DNA from: a virus | Lineage: Duplodnaviria > Heunggongvirae > Uroviricota > Caudoviricetes | Direction: 5' to 3' (one strand) | Virus record (IMG/VR): IMGVR_UViG_3300034279_001376 | Location: 108,776 to 131,429 of that record | DNA length: 22,654 bases | Part shown: in pieces, positions 7,782 to 16,483 of the stretch | Layout: each line of letters starts with the position of its first letter | Position numbering within the stretch: the stretch's first letter is position 1 | Notes under the pieces: model-generated | Databases searched by the model: none | Seen by the model: the letters and a program-made list of their open reading frames with translations, nothing else | Told to the model about the DNA's origin: nothing | Made by a program: the position numbers and the translations under genes

Positions 7782-8359
7782 AAAAAGATTTAGAGGCAAA
7801 ATTTAGCAAAGCACTTGAACCAACATTGGATAGAGACGCTTTTATGGCTTTCTTTAGGGATGAAAATTCTTTTAATAGTTTAAGTGTAGATGACAGGTAT
7901 GAAATTTTTCAAGGCATTTTGTTAGGAAGTTCAGACATTACAAAAAAAGCACTAGATGAGTTAATTAATAATTACAATGTGCATGATTTGGAAGTAGTAC
8001 AAAAAATCTATCCTAAGTATAGTCATGGTCAATACGTAAAAATAGGCAGTAAAGTGTATAAAGTAAAACAAGTACACGTAAGAGATTATGATGTGATCTA
8101 CACTTTGGAAAACCCAAGAGAAAATAGGCAAAACGTAAATGAGTCTGCTTTAGCATTTGCAAACAGATATGAAATAATAAAAGAGTTTATTGGACACCAC
8201 AGAACAGGAAAATGGGTACGTGTAACTCATGGGTCTGGTTGTATGATAGACTATTACGAACCTTATTCCATTGAAGGAGTGATTTTTCACAATGGGATGA
8301 AAATGATAGGAGAACTAGCAAACTCAGCAGAAGACATTATTGACATCAAAGTATTATGA
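7778..8359 (+). CDS. Hypothetical protein
   Basis: 193 aa, with an SH3-like beta segment (PKYSHGQYVKIG..YTL). Confidence 0.7.
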   Translation: MKKDLEAKFSKALEPTLDRDAFMAFFRDENSFNSLSVDDRYEIFQGILLGSSDITKKALDELINNYNVHDLEVVQKIYPKYSHGQYVKIGSKVYKVKQVHVRDYDVIYTLENPRENRQNVNESALAFANRYEIIKEFIGHHRTGKWVRVTHGSGCMIDYYEPYSIEGVIFHNGMKMIGELANSAEDIIDIKVL

Positions 8360-8694
8360 TATACAAAGTTGAAGGAAATAATTTATTAATTTGTTGTAAG
8401 ACATTTGATGAGTTTAAATCCGCTTTTTTAAATATTGCTAAAGAAACAAATTCAGATGACTTTTTTGGTATACTTCAAACTCACTGTGATATTTTTAGAG
8501 AATGTTGTGAAGTTGGGTATGTAGGAACTGAAACTCCAACAGGTTTTACAGAAATTTTTTACACAGACCAATATTTTGAAGACATTGAAACTTTAGCCAA
8601 GTATTACTGGGTAGGAAAGAATACTACTTTAGTAATTGTAGATGAAAGTTTAATGTCTTACAATCCAAAAAAACTATTTAAGTTTGAATACTAA
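8356..8694 (+). CDS. Hypothetical protein
   Basis: 112-aa ORF with ATGA coupling. Confidence 0.65.
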   Translation: MIYKVEGNNLLICCKTFDEFKSAFLNIAKETNSDDFFGILQTHCDIFRECCEVGYVGTETPTGFTEIFYTDQYFEDIETLAKYYWVGKNTTLVIVDESLMSYNPKKLFKFEY

Positions 8695-8699
8695 ACAAA

Positions 8700-8730
8700 G
8701 CACTGGTAATAAACTGCCAGTGCAATTTTC
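8700..8730 (+). terminator. Intrinsic terminator-like hairpin
   Basis: GCACTGGTA-ATAAAC-TGCCAGTGC (9-bp stem) followed by AATTTTC, in an intergenic position. Confidence 0.55.
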
Positions 8731-8733
8731 ATT

Positions 8734-8976
8734 ATGAACAGAAAAAAACTTTGGGCTGATTATTTACCCAAATATTTTAAAATAGGAAAGTACACTCTAG
8801 CCTTATGGACTTGGGATGGTACTTGGAAATCAACCCGGATTACAATTCGAGAAGATCATTTGTGGATGTTCACTATTAAACAAGGTGAATACCAAGATAG
8901 AATCAGATGCTCAAAAGATTTTAAACCTTTCGGGATTAATTTACAAAAATTTTTTAAAAACACATGCCAACAATAA
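8734..8976 (+). CDS. Hypothetical protein
   Basis: 80-aa Trp-rich ORF. Confidence 0.55.
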   Translation: MNRKKLWADYLPKYFKIGKYTLALWTWDGTWKSTRITIREDHLWMFTIKQGEYQDRIRCSKDFKPFGINLQKFFKNTCQQ

Positions 8977-8998
8977 ACTTAGATTTTGATAATTAATG

Positions 8999-9029
8999 TT
9001 GATTTTGATAAATAATTTATACCTTTGCA
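8999..9029 (+). promoter_or_regulatory. Bacteroidota primary-sigma promoter upstream of the GIY-YIG gene
   Basis: TTG (8999-9001), an 18-nt spacer, then TACCTTTG(CA) at 9020-9027, matching the -33/-7 consensus TTG..TAnnTTTG; intergenic. Confidence 0.7.
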
Positions 9030-9066
9030 TCGAAGCCTGCTTTAAGCATAAAACGGCTTTTATAAA

Positions 9067-9723
9067 ATGCAAGGTATATACTGTATTAAAAACACTATTA
9101 ATGGAAAAATCTATGTAGGTTCTTCTGTAAATATTAAGAAAAAATTTCGGAACCATTTACTAAGTCTTAGAAAAAACCAGCATCCAAACTTTAAATTACA
9201 AAGTTCTTTCAATAAACACAAAGAAGAAAGTTTTATTTTTTACGTTTTAGAAGATGTACTAGAAAAAGAAAATTTAATTGCTAGAGAACAATTCCACATA
9301 GATACATTAGCCCCAGTTTACAATATTTGTTTGCTAGCAGACTCTTCTTTAGGAGTTAAAAGAACTGAAAAAACAATAGAAAAAGTACGCCAAGCAAATC
9401 TAGGTTTGAAACATCCAGAATGGAGAAATAAGATTAAAAGCATTGCTCAAGGTGGAGAAAATCACTGGACAAAGAAAAAAAATTTTTCAGAAGAAGCAAA
9501 ACAAAAAATGAGCACAACTCATAAAAAACTTTATGAAAACGGGTACGTAAACCCAACCAAAAAATCTATTTTGCAATACGATTTAGAAATGAACTTATTA
9601 AATGAATGGGAAAGTGGAGCGGCTGCAAGTAGAGGAACAGGATTAAGTACTTCTACTATATGCCAGTGTTTATCACAAAGATCAAAAACATCGGGTGGGT
9701 TTATCTGGAAATACAAAATTTAA
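9067..9723 (+). CDS. Free-standing GIY-YIG homing endonuclease with NUMOD3- and NUMOD1-like DNA-binding modules
   Basis: GIYCIKNTINGKIYVGSS, LIAREQ..ID..YNI, SSLGVKRTEKT..KH (NUMOD3-like), ILQYDLEMNLLNEWES..GGFIWKY (NUMOD1-like). Confidence 0.92.
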   Translation: MQGIYCIKNTINGKIYVGSSVNIKKKFRNHLLSLRKNQHPNFKLQSSFNKHKEESFIFYVLEDVLEKENLIAREQFHIDTLAPVYNICLLADSSLGVKRTEKTIEKVRQANLGLKHPEWRNKIKSIAQGGENHWTKKKNFSEEAKQKMSTTHKKLYENGYVNPTKKSILQYDLEMNLLNEWESGAAASRGTGLSTSTICQCLSQRSKTSGGFIWKYKI

Positions 9724-9758
9724 CCAAAATTATTAATTTTTAAATTAGACATATACAA

Positions 9759-10172
9759 ATGATTTGTAATATCGACTTTGACGGAACTTGTGTCAAACAT
9801 TCTTTTCCAGAAATAGGAGAAGAAATAGGAGCAGTACCAGTTCTTAAAACCTTAGTAGAGAATGGGCATCAACTTATTCTTTTTACAATGAGGAGTGACA
9901 CTCCTAAAGGTAATTACCTCACAGAAGCAGTAAACTGGTTCAAGAAACATGACATACCTTTATATGGGATTCAAACTAATCCAACTCAACTTTCTTGGAC
10001 GAGTTCCCCTAAGTCATACGCAAATTTTATGATAGATGATTCCGCGCTAGGAACACCTCTTGTAAGACCTGCACTTGAAAGACCTTATGTAGATTGGAAA
10101 AAGGTTATTTTCTTATTAGTGCAAGAGGGACTCATTACAGAAGTCCAATGCTATAAATTATTTCACACATGA
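9759..10172 (+). CDS. HAD-superfamily phosphatase
   Basis: Motif I IDFDGT, motif II LFTMR, motif III K, motif IV IDD. Confidence 0.85.
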   Translation: MICNIDFDGTCVKHSFPEIGEEIGAVPVLKTLVENGHQLILFTMRSDTPKGNYLTEAVNWFKKHDIPLYGIQTNPTQLSWTSSPKSYANFMIDDSALGTPLVRPALERPYVDWKKVIFLLVQEGLITEVQCYKLFHT

Positions 10173-10444
10173 ACATAACAAAAAAATTACAAGATCAACT
10201 TATAGAATGTGAGTTTCTGTTTACAGAGAAAGATATTAATCAAACAGAAGGTCTTTACGCAAAAGTTGAATTTTATTTTTCAGGTCATTGGCAAGTAATT
10301 CGCATACGTAATAACGATAAAACTACTTTAAAAGACGTTTTAAGAATATTGGCGGAACAAGCATTTGAGTTAGGAGTAGAAAAAGGAGTAAAAGAAGGTA
10401 AAAAAGAAGTAGGGGAATATTTAAAAAACTTAACAGAAGATTAA
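10169..10444 (+). CDS. Hypothetical protein
   Basis: 91-aa ORF with ATGA coupling. Confidence 0.65.
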   Translation: MNITKKLQDQLIECEFLFTEKDINQTEGLYAKVEFYFSGHWQVIRIRNNDKTTLKDVLRILAEQAFELGVEKGVKEGKKEVGEYLKNLTED

Positions 10445-11134
10445 ATGACAGAGGTAAAATACACACTAAGAAAACTAGACAATTCTTATCTTATCACTAG
10501 CAATGAAGAAATCAGAGAAGGCGATTATTATTATGAACCCACTTCTGATGAGCCTTTTAGTATCGCTTATTTTAATCTAGCACAGAGTAATTATAGGTCA
10601 AAAGTAATAGCAAAAACAAACTTTTACCACAATTCAGATCTACCAAATATTGATTTTTCTGCATTAACTAAGTCAGAATGCAATACTATTAAGTATATAA
10701 ATGTTGAGGTTTTGGCAGATAGAAGTAGTGAAATTCAAGAAGCAACTTATACCTCTAACCATAAAGTCACTTATGTACACGGTTATATAGACGGGTTTAG
10801 AAAGGCTCAAAAATTACTAGGGTTTAGTAAAGAAGACCTTGCAGACTATTTAGCATTCGTGGATAATAACTATTATCAGACAGATGCTTGGATAGATAGA
10901 GATTCTGGCGTAGGAGTTCCACGACATGTAATTTTGAATAATTACTTAAACTCTTTAAATAAAGTAAAAGAGTGGGGAGTTAAAATAGAATTGGAAAACT
11001 GTGAGCATTGTAAAGGAAGTAGTGTTTTTGTTGATGGAAACAATAACTGTACAGAATGCCCTGCTTGTATCAGTGGTAAATCATTTGATATTAAAATCAC
11101 AAACAACATCATAAAAGTCATTAAAATATTATGA
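10445..11134 (+). CDS. Hypothetical protein with a C-terminal zinc ribbon
   Basis: CEHCKG..CTECPAC near the C-terminus. Confidence 0.7.
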   Translation: MTEVKYTLRKLDNSYLITSNEEIREGDYYYEPTSDEPFSIAYFNLAQSNYRSKVIAKTNFYHNSDLPNIDFSALTKSECNTIKYINVEVLADRSSEIQEATYTSNHKVTYVHGYIDGFRKAQKLLGFSKEDLADYLAFVDNNYYQTDAWIDRDSGVGVPRHVILNNYLNSLNKVKEWGVKIELENCEHCKGSSVFVDGNNNCTECPACISGKSFDIKITNNIIKVIKIL

Positions 11135-11541
11135 AACAAGAAATAACAGTAAAAACAGGTACTCCAGTAGATTTTAGTAATGTTAAAGTTCCTTTGTATG
11201 GAATAAACGATCAAGCATATTTGCTTCATTTTGGAAAAGTCATAAAAGTTGACATACTCGGAGTAGAGTTAAAATTAAAATGGTTTGACAATAATTACAC
11301 GTCTAGGTATGAATGGGAAATAAGGTATGAATTAGGCAATGCGGATGGTACTACACCTTGGTTTGAAGTGTGGTTTGAAGAACACGATTTGTTTAAAGAT
11401 TTAGCATCTGTTACATTAGCGGCTAAAGAATACGAATTGAAAAAATTTGTGGAAAGAAAAGACACTTTAGAAAATAACATACGTGTTACTGAGAACGCAT
11501 TAGCCACTTACAAAAAACAATACCAAGAACTTTTAAAATAA
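11131..11541 (+). CDS. Hypothetical protein with a coiled-coil C-terminus
   Basis: 136-aa ORF coupled at both ends. Confidence 0.65.
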   Translation: MKQEITVKTGTPVDFSNVKVPLYGINDQAYLLHFGKVIKVDILGVELKLKWFDNNYTSRYEWEIRYELGNADGTTPWFEVWFEEHDLFKDLASVTLAAKEYELKKFVERKDTLENNIRVTENALATYKKQYQELLK

Positions 11542-12302
11542 TGCAGTACGAAGTCACACTAAAATACGCAGTAGATGAGGCAACAGGGGAATATGGTTTG
11601 ATTCCAGTAAAAACTTTAAACACAGAAACTCCTTTTAATTCATTTTGGACACCAGAAGGTGTGTTTCACGATGTTTTTGAGCATTATTTTGAAGGAGTTA
11701 ACAAATACTACAATGGGAAAGGGTTTATGCAACTATGGGGAGAAATGTGTGCATCTGGGCATGCTTTCGCTTACTATGAATTAGGTTTAGAAACATTCAG
11801 ATATAGGAAGTATAAACCCCAAAGAGATTTTACAATAGATACTTTAGGTATTATACAAGAGGCTATGTCAGAAAATTATCCAATGGATTATGAGGCGCAA
11901 AAGAAAACTTGTTTAGTACCTTATCAGAAATATACAAAAGAATTGTGGAGTGTTGAAGCAGTGGTAGAAGAGTATAAAGAAAAAATTTTGAAAAGAGTAA
12001 AGTACAATAATCCTTTTGTCTGGATTCCGGGTATTGCTAGAAACTACATGTATGGGTTTAAACAAGCACAAAAGATAATAGGAAAAGATCCAATGGATAG
12101 CCTTGAAAAAATGGATAAGTTTCTTATAGATTGGAACAAAATTTGCAAGCATGACGCTAATAATCTAGGAATAGAAAACTCAGAATACGGGTTGTACGGA
12201 ATTAAATTCAGAATAAAAAATACCGGAAAATTAAGCATTAAAACAACACTTATTGAAGATTATACACATGAAGAGTTTCATTTTTCAGACTTAATTTACT
12301 GA
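11541..12302 (+). CDS. Hypothetical protein with an HDxxEH putative metal-binding motif
   Basis: GVFHDVFEH..GEMCASGH. Confidence 0.65.
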   Translation: MQYEVTLKYAVDEATGEYGLIPVKTLNTETPFNSFWTPEGVFHDVFEHYFEGVNKYYNGKGFMQLWGEMCASGHAFAYYELGLETFRYRKYKPQRDFTIDTLGIIQEAMSENYPMDYEAQKKTCLVPYQKYTKELWSVEAVVEEYKEKILKRVKYNNPFVWIPGIARNYMYGFKQAQKIIGKDPMDSLEKMDKFLIDWNKICKHDANNLGIENSEYGLYGIKFRIKNTGKLSIKTTLIEDYTHEEFHFSDLIY

Positions 12303-12586
12303 TGACTTTACAAGAATATAGAAATCAAAACCCAGCCCGACAACAAAATGCTGGTTCTGTTTTATTAACCAAAAACGAGGTTAAGTTTGGGCATTGTATA
12401 AAAATTCATTCAGAACTCTATTATGTGCAAATCAAAATGGATTGGTGGAGACACACATACCTTTTAAAATCAAATGACAATACTCTCTGGACTACTGATG
12501 AAGATGGAAATCCAATGAGTAGATCAGTATTTGCTTACAATGCCACCTCGGAAGAGTGGGAAAAATTTAAAAGAAATGGAGATTGA
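12302..12586 (+). CDS. Hypothetical protein
   Basis: 94-aa ORF, start overlaps the upstream stop. Confidence 0.6.
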   Translation: MTLQEYRNQNPARQQNAGSVLLTKNEVKFGHCIKIHSELYYVQIKMDWWRHTYLLKSNDNTLWTTDEDGNPMSRSVFAYNATSEEWEKFKRNGD

Positions 12587-12938
12587 GGAAAAAGAGTTTA
12601 TTTATAGTTTTCCTGTTACGGAGCCTTGGCTAAGAAAACATAAAAAACAATTAAATGAATACAGGGTTAAACTTGGCATAAAAACTAAAGAAGAAGATTT
12701 TGTTTTAAGATGTATTCTTAGTTTTGACTGGCGCAAAGAAATTATTCTTGGAGAAATTGAAAAAGTAAAACTTGTAAATGATTCAGTTAAAATAATATTT
12801 AATGTAAAAGCACCACGTAAATCAATAGATTATTCTTGTTCTCACCCTTTTAGAGAAAAAGACTGGAGTTTAGAAGTTAACACTTTTTATAATAGGGCCA
12901 GTTATGTGTATTATCAGATACGTCGTTACATAATTTAA
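12576..12938 (+). CDS. Hypothetical protein
   Basis: Start chosen at the in-frame ATG 12576 to minimise overlap (the track gives 12531). Confidence 0.55.
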   Translation: MEIEEKEFIYSFPVTEPWLRKHKKQLNEYRVKLGIKTKEEDFVLRCILSFDWRKEIILGEIEKVKLVNDSVKIIFNVKAPRKSIDYSCSHPFREKDWSLEVNTFYNRASYVYYQIRRYII

Positions 12939-12960
12939 TAATAAATTCAATTTAAACAAA

Positions 12961-13350
12961 ATGACACAAACACAAAAAGATTTTAATGTTAGATGTGCAA
13001 AATTTCTAGGTTGGGATTTTTTCTATGATGCTGGGTTTTGCTATGAGGTAACTGACCATGATGGAAACAAGTACGAAACTCTGTATGAATTAAAATTTCA
13101 TTCAGATTGGAACTGGCTCCAAGAAGTAAAAGCAAAAATATGCTCTTTAGAAATAGTAGATGAATTTGAGATAAAATATGATTCAGTGTCAAAAGGATTC
13201 TATGGGCACATATCCCCTTCTTACAAAGATTCTTTTGAGTATTTTACCACAGGAACACTTGCTATTGGAACAGATGCTTACACAACAGAAATGGAAGCAA
13301 CCACAGATATAATTAATCAATTTTTAACTTGGTACGAAACACATGTTTAG
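12961..13350 (+). CDS. Conserved phage hypothetical protein
   Basis: AKFLGW..FHSDWNWLQEVKAKI resembles the recurrent phage motif (Y/F)H.SWDWL..VV.KI. Confidence 0.7.
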   Translation: MTQTQKDFNVRCAKFLGWDFFYDAGFCYEVTDHDGNKYETLYELKFHSDWNWLQEVKAKICSLEIVDEFEIKYDSVSKGFYGHISPSYKDSFEYFTTGTLAIGTDAYTTEMEATTDIINQFLTWYETHV

Positions 13351-13510
13351 ATACTTAATACCTTATTATGGGATTTACCTTACTTGGAAGGAACTGCCCG
13401 GATTTTTGAGTCCAAAAACTGACCAAGAATTTATTTATTACCGCTTATCTACGTGGTGTCACGCTATTTATCTTATACTTACTTATGTCTGTATCGACTA
13501 TTTTTTATAA
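13343..13510 (+). CDS. 55-aa hydrophobic small ORF
   Basis: MFRYLIPYYGIYLTWKELPGFLSPKTDQEFIYYRLSTWCHAIYLILTYVCIDYFL, read manually; fills the 13350-13485 gap. Confidence 0.55.
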   Translation: MFRYLIPYYGIYLTWKELPGFLSPKTDQEFIYYRLSTWCHAIYLILTYVCIDYFL

Positions 13511-13814
13511 ATACAAAGACCTTTACGAAGAAGTTCAAGAATTAGAAGCCTCTATGGATCCTGATAATGAAAGTTATGTATGGAGAGAATATGAGGATAA
13601 AAGAGAACTAGAAGAGTATATTGCTCGAATAGACAAAGAAAATCTTCACAATGTTGACCTTATTTTGAAAGTACCCAGTGAAACTTCTAGCACGACTTTA
13701 ACAAAGTCTGAATGGGTTGGTTGGACTGTTAACAACAAGATTACTAGATTGGATTCTCAGGCTATGGTGGAGTTTTTTAAAGAATACCCTGACGGGTTAA
13801 TACAAATAGGATAA
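13485..13814 (+). CDS. Hypothetical protein
   Basis: 109-aa acidic ORF. Confidence 0.6.
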   Translation: MSVSTIFYKYKDLYEEVQELEASMDPDNESYVWREYEDKRELEEYIARIDKENLHNVDLILKVPSETSSTTLTKSEWVGWTVNNKITRLDSQAMVEFFKEYPDGLIQIG

Positions 13815-13828
13815 ACAGGATAAGTATA

Positions 13829-14155
13829 ATGAAAAAATGCTGTGGGCTATGCCCTTACAGCCGATTAAATACTTTATTTTTGCACCCTGAAAGAGCAGCA
13901 GAATTTGCTTATTCTGCTTCAAATCCTTATAATGACTTTGTATGTCATAAAACAGGAGTACTTGAGGAAAATGATGAGGAAAGTGCAGAGATAGTAAAAG
14001 GAGTAAAATCTTTTACTTGTGCTGGATTTTATGCTATGCAGCATCTCATAAATAATCCTAATAAAAAATCTGAAATAAAAATCAATACAGAAGATCATTT
14101 TGACGATGTGTATGAAATGATAGAACACCATGAAGAATATTACGAACAAAAATAA
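13829..14155 (+). CDS. Cys/His zinc-binding protein (DUF6283-like pattern)
   Basis: CGLCPY..FVCHKT..CAGF matches the C..CP..F.CH..CAG family pattern. Confidence 0.6.
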   Translation: MKKCCGLCPYSRLNTLFLHPERAAEFAYSASNPYNDFVCHKTGVLEENDEESAEIVKGVKSFTCAGFYAMQHLINNPNKKSEIKINTEDHFDDVYEMIEHHEEYYEQK

Positions 14156-14156
14156 T

Positions 14157-14564
14157 ATGCAAGAATTAAATCAAGTAGAATTAAAAGACTCAATAGGTAA
14201 AACTATTAAAAAGGTTCATGTAGGCCATTGTGAATTTGTTATCATTTACACAGATGACTCCTTTTCGTGTTTCAAAGAATATGATGATTGGGGAAGCATT
14301 AGCAATGATGACTGCAAACTCAAGTATGAAGGGTTTATAGAAAGACTAGGTATTAAAGCAGATGGTTCAACCTATTTTACAGGGTTTCAACAATTTTTAA
14401 TAGATGCAGGAATCCTAGATGGTGAACAACTTATCTTGGATGCTAAGACTAGGATTGATGCGTATGTAGAAAACTGCAAACAAAACGAACTTAAAGAGTA
14501 CAACAGGTTAAAAGCAAAATTTGAGCAATTAGATAATGATTACAGAACCACAATTAAAGATTAA
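14157..14564 (+). CDS. Hypothetical protein
   Basis: ATG 14157 follows the upstream stop directly; ends in EYNRLKAKFE. Confidence 0.65.
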   Translation: MQELNQVELKDSIGKTIKKVHVGHCEFVIIYTDDSFSCFKEYDDWGSISNDDCKLKYEGFIERLGIKADGSTYFTGFQQFLIDAGILDGEQLILDAKTRIDAYVENCKQNELKEYNRLKAKFEQLDNDYRTTIKD

Positions 14565-14868
14565 AGTAGGAGATTTTGTACAATTTAATGACGGTAAACT
14601 AGGAATTTATGGCATGATTTGTAGGATTCATTCTGAAACTATTGTTGATTACGTAAGAACCAGCATGACAAGGTGGACTACTTCTATTACAAAAATTGAA
14701 CAAGGAGTTTTAATAACAGAAAATGATTTTATTACTCATGTAAAATTTAATGCTGCATTGTCTGATAGAGAAATACCTTCCACAGAACAAATAGAAAAAG
14801 CATTGGATTTGTACAAAACAAATTTTGATGTAGATTTTTCTGAAATAACTAACTGTTTTGAGCAATGA
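14536..14868 (+). CDS. Hypothetical protein
   Basis: KIKVGDFV SH3-like N-terminus. Confidence 0.6.
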   Translation: MITEPQLKIKVGDFVQFNDGKLGIYGMICRIHSETIVDYVRTSMTRWTTSITKIEQGVLITENDFITHVKFNAALSDREIPSTEQIEKALDLYKTNFDVDFSEITNCFEQ

Positions 14869-15083
14869 GTCAAAAAGAACTTGAAGATTCTATTCGTAGA
14901 GCAGGCCCAGAAATACTCCAGAATCATTATCATGGTCAGTATCATACTACTTGCCCAAATTGTAATGAAACATTCATCACGGGAGAAATACATGTTTGTC
15001 CCGTGTTAATTTATTCTAAACAAGACCTGTCTAAAATTCGTGCTCAAGAAAGGCGTGATGCTAAAACAGGGTTTAATTACTAA
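14865..15083 (+). CDS. Small zinc-finger protein
   Basis: CPNC..HVC. Confidence 0.6.
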   Translation: MSQKELEDSIRRAGPEILQNHYHGQYHTTCPNCNETFITGEIHVCPVLIYSKQDLSKIRAQERRDAKTGFNY

Positions 15084-15084
15084 T

Positions 15085-15297
15085 ATGAATTTAACACAAA
15101 TAATATTAGCACTGATAGGTGCAACTGTTCTTATACAAAGTTTCTGCGTTTACTTTGTAGTAAAAGGGTCTTTGCAGAAGAGCCAACAGCCCTATGACTC
15201 GATACTCTGCATTAGAAACCTTATGGGAATATTGTTCATAACAGATGTAATTTTTATAATGCTTTTAATGGCAACTATTTTAGCGAAAAGTTTATGA
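15085..15297 (+). CDS. Small two-TM membrane protein
   Basis: Two hydrophobic stretches (IILALIGATVLIQSFCVYFVV; LMGILFITDVIFIMLLMATILA); ATG 15085 follows the upstream stop. Confidence 0.65.
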   Translation: MNLTQIILALIGATVLIQSFCVYFVVKGSLQKSQQPYDSILCIRNLMGILFITDVIFIMLLMATILAKSL

Positions 15298-15485
15298 GTC
15301 TTATTGAAGAATTACTAGACGAAATCATTCGAGTTGCTAAATTACAAGCATTGTATTACAGTTATGAAAGTAATTATTTTAAAAACCAATTGATAGAAAT
15401 GGCTTTAGAAAAAGCAAAACAAAGTATAATCAATGGTTACGGGCTTCTCGAATCACTTGCAACCTTACAACAATTTAAAGAATGA
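15294..15485 (+). CDS. Hypothetical protein
   Basis: 63 aa with ATGA coupling at both ends. Confidence 0.6.
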   Translation: MSLIEELLDEIIRVAKLQALYYSYESNYFKNQLIEMALEKAKQSIINGYGLLESLATLQQFKE

Positions 15486-16483
15486 AACACGCAAAAATTA
15501 ATGAAGAAGACACAGTGGCTTTTACTTGTCCTTTACTAGCCACACCTTTAGTTTTGAACCAAAAAAATATCCCACTGTTTGAGCAGTTGGGAATTAACAT
15601 CATATTACCTAATGATGGGTTGTATGACAACAGAGATCATTTTCTTTTAAGAACTCCATTAGAATTAATAGAAAATTATTCCGAACCTTTAGACCAATCT
15701 ATTAAAATTTGCATAGACTGGAAAAATGGTGCTTCAAGGATTTTACACTCCACTATATTAGAAATGAAAGAAATTCATGGAAATAACATGATTTTAATGG
15801 CAGGTAATGTAGGAAGCCAAGAAGCCTTTTTAGAATTGGCAAAAACAGGTGTAGATTACATTCGAGTAGGCTTGGATTCCTTTATAACAAGAAATGTAGG
15901 AGTGGGAGAAAATCTTGAAGGATTAGTTTGGAATTGTGCTAAACAGGTAAAATGGTACAAAGAGCAGTACGCTATGACGGAAGAAGAAGGATTTGAAGAT
16001 TATTACAGGAGACAAGGGTTTTCTAAAAACATGGATTTGGCTTTAGAACATTATGAAAATTCTAAAAAAATATCCAAGGTTAAAATAGTGGCAGATAATA
16101 TAACTGAATATGTAAAGTACTGTAAAAAATACGGATTTGCAAAAAACGGTTATGCTGCTATTAACAAACTAATAGACTGTGGGGCTGACCTTGTAATACC
16201 TGATAAAATCTTTTTACAATGCTTAGAAAGTGATGGAGAGAGAAGGGTAAAAGAAGAAGGAGACTATTACACAATTGCAGAACTTAAAGACTGGTTGGGG
16301 GAATTTACAGAATTAGAAGATCATTTTGGAGATGGGCTGTGTGTGGAATCAAAAGGTCTTTCAGAAAAAGAGTACATAACTGCAAAATGGACAATCAGAG
16401 ATTGGATGCTTGGCTCGCAAGAAAACAAATTATTTGGGTTCAGAAATTCATATTTAAAATATTTAAACTACACAGGAAAATGA
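15482..16483 (+). CDS. Degenerate IMP dehydrogenase/GMP reductase-like TIM-barrel protein
   Basis: ICIDWKNG, ILMAGNVGS, GVDYIRVG, TR..GVG, IVAD, GADLV, LESDG follow the GuaB/GuaC motif order; the catalytic GPGS(I/V)C loop is absent. Confidence 0.8.
   Translation: MKHAKINEEDTVAFTCPLLATPLVLNQKNIPLFEQLGINIILPNDGLYDNRDHFLLRTPLELIENYSEPLDQSIKICIDWKNGASRILHSTILEMKEIHGNNMILMAGNVGSQEAFLELAKTGVDYIRVGLDSFITRNVGVGENLEGLVWNCAKQVKWYKEQYAMTEEEGFEDYYRRQGFSKNMDLALEHYENSKKISKVKIVADNITEYVKYCKKYGFAKNGYAAINKLIDCGADLVIPDKIFLQCLESDGERRVKEEGDYYTIAELKDWLGEFTELEDHFGDGLCVESKGLSEKEYITAKWTIRDWMLGSQENKLFGFRNSYLKYLNYTGK

Noticed and set aside
989-8700. Repeated 11-mer ACTAAACAAAG at 989-999 and 8690-8700
   Set aside because: Only two copies of an A-rich word in an AT-rich genome, in different contexts; plausibly chance or generic leader composition.
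8976-9759. Group I intron around the GIY-YIG gene
   Set aside because: The flanks are only about 90 and 35 nt, too short for a ribozyme core, and the neighbouring ORFs are not halves of one gene. It is a free-standing endonuclease.
504-14993. Antisense ORFs in the + arm (e.g. 504-707, 4466-4906, 5605-6070, 7040-7261, 8941-9156, 10942-11507, 11913-12238, 14736-14993)
   Set aside because: They are shadow frames of well-supported + strand genes, with no motifs and no independent start context.
15085-15297. Lipoprotein substrate for the LspA-like enzyme
   Set aside because: The Cys context IQSFC lacks a small residue at -1, so it is not a lipobox, and a second TM follows.
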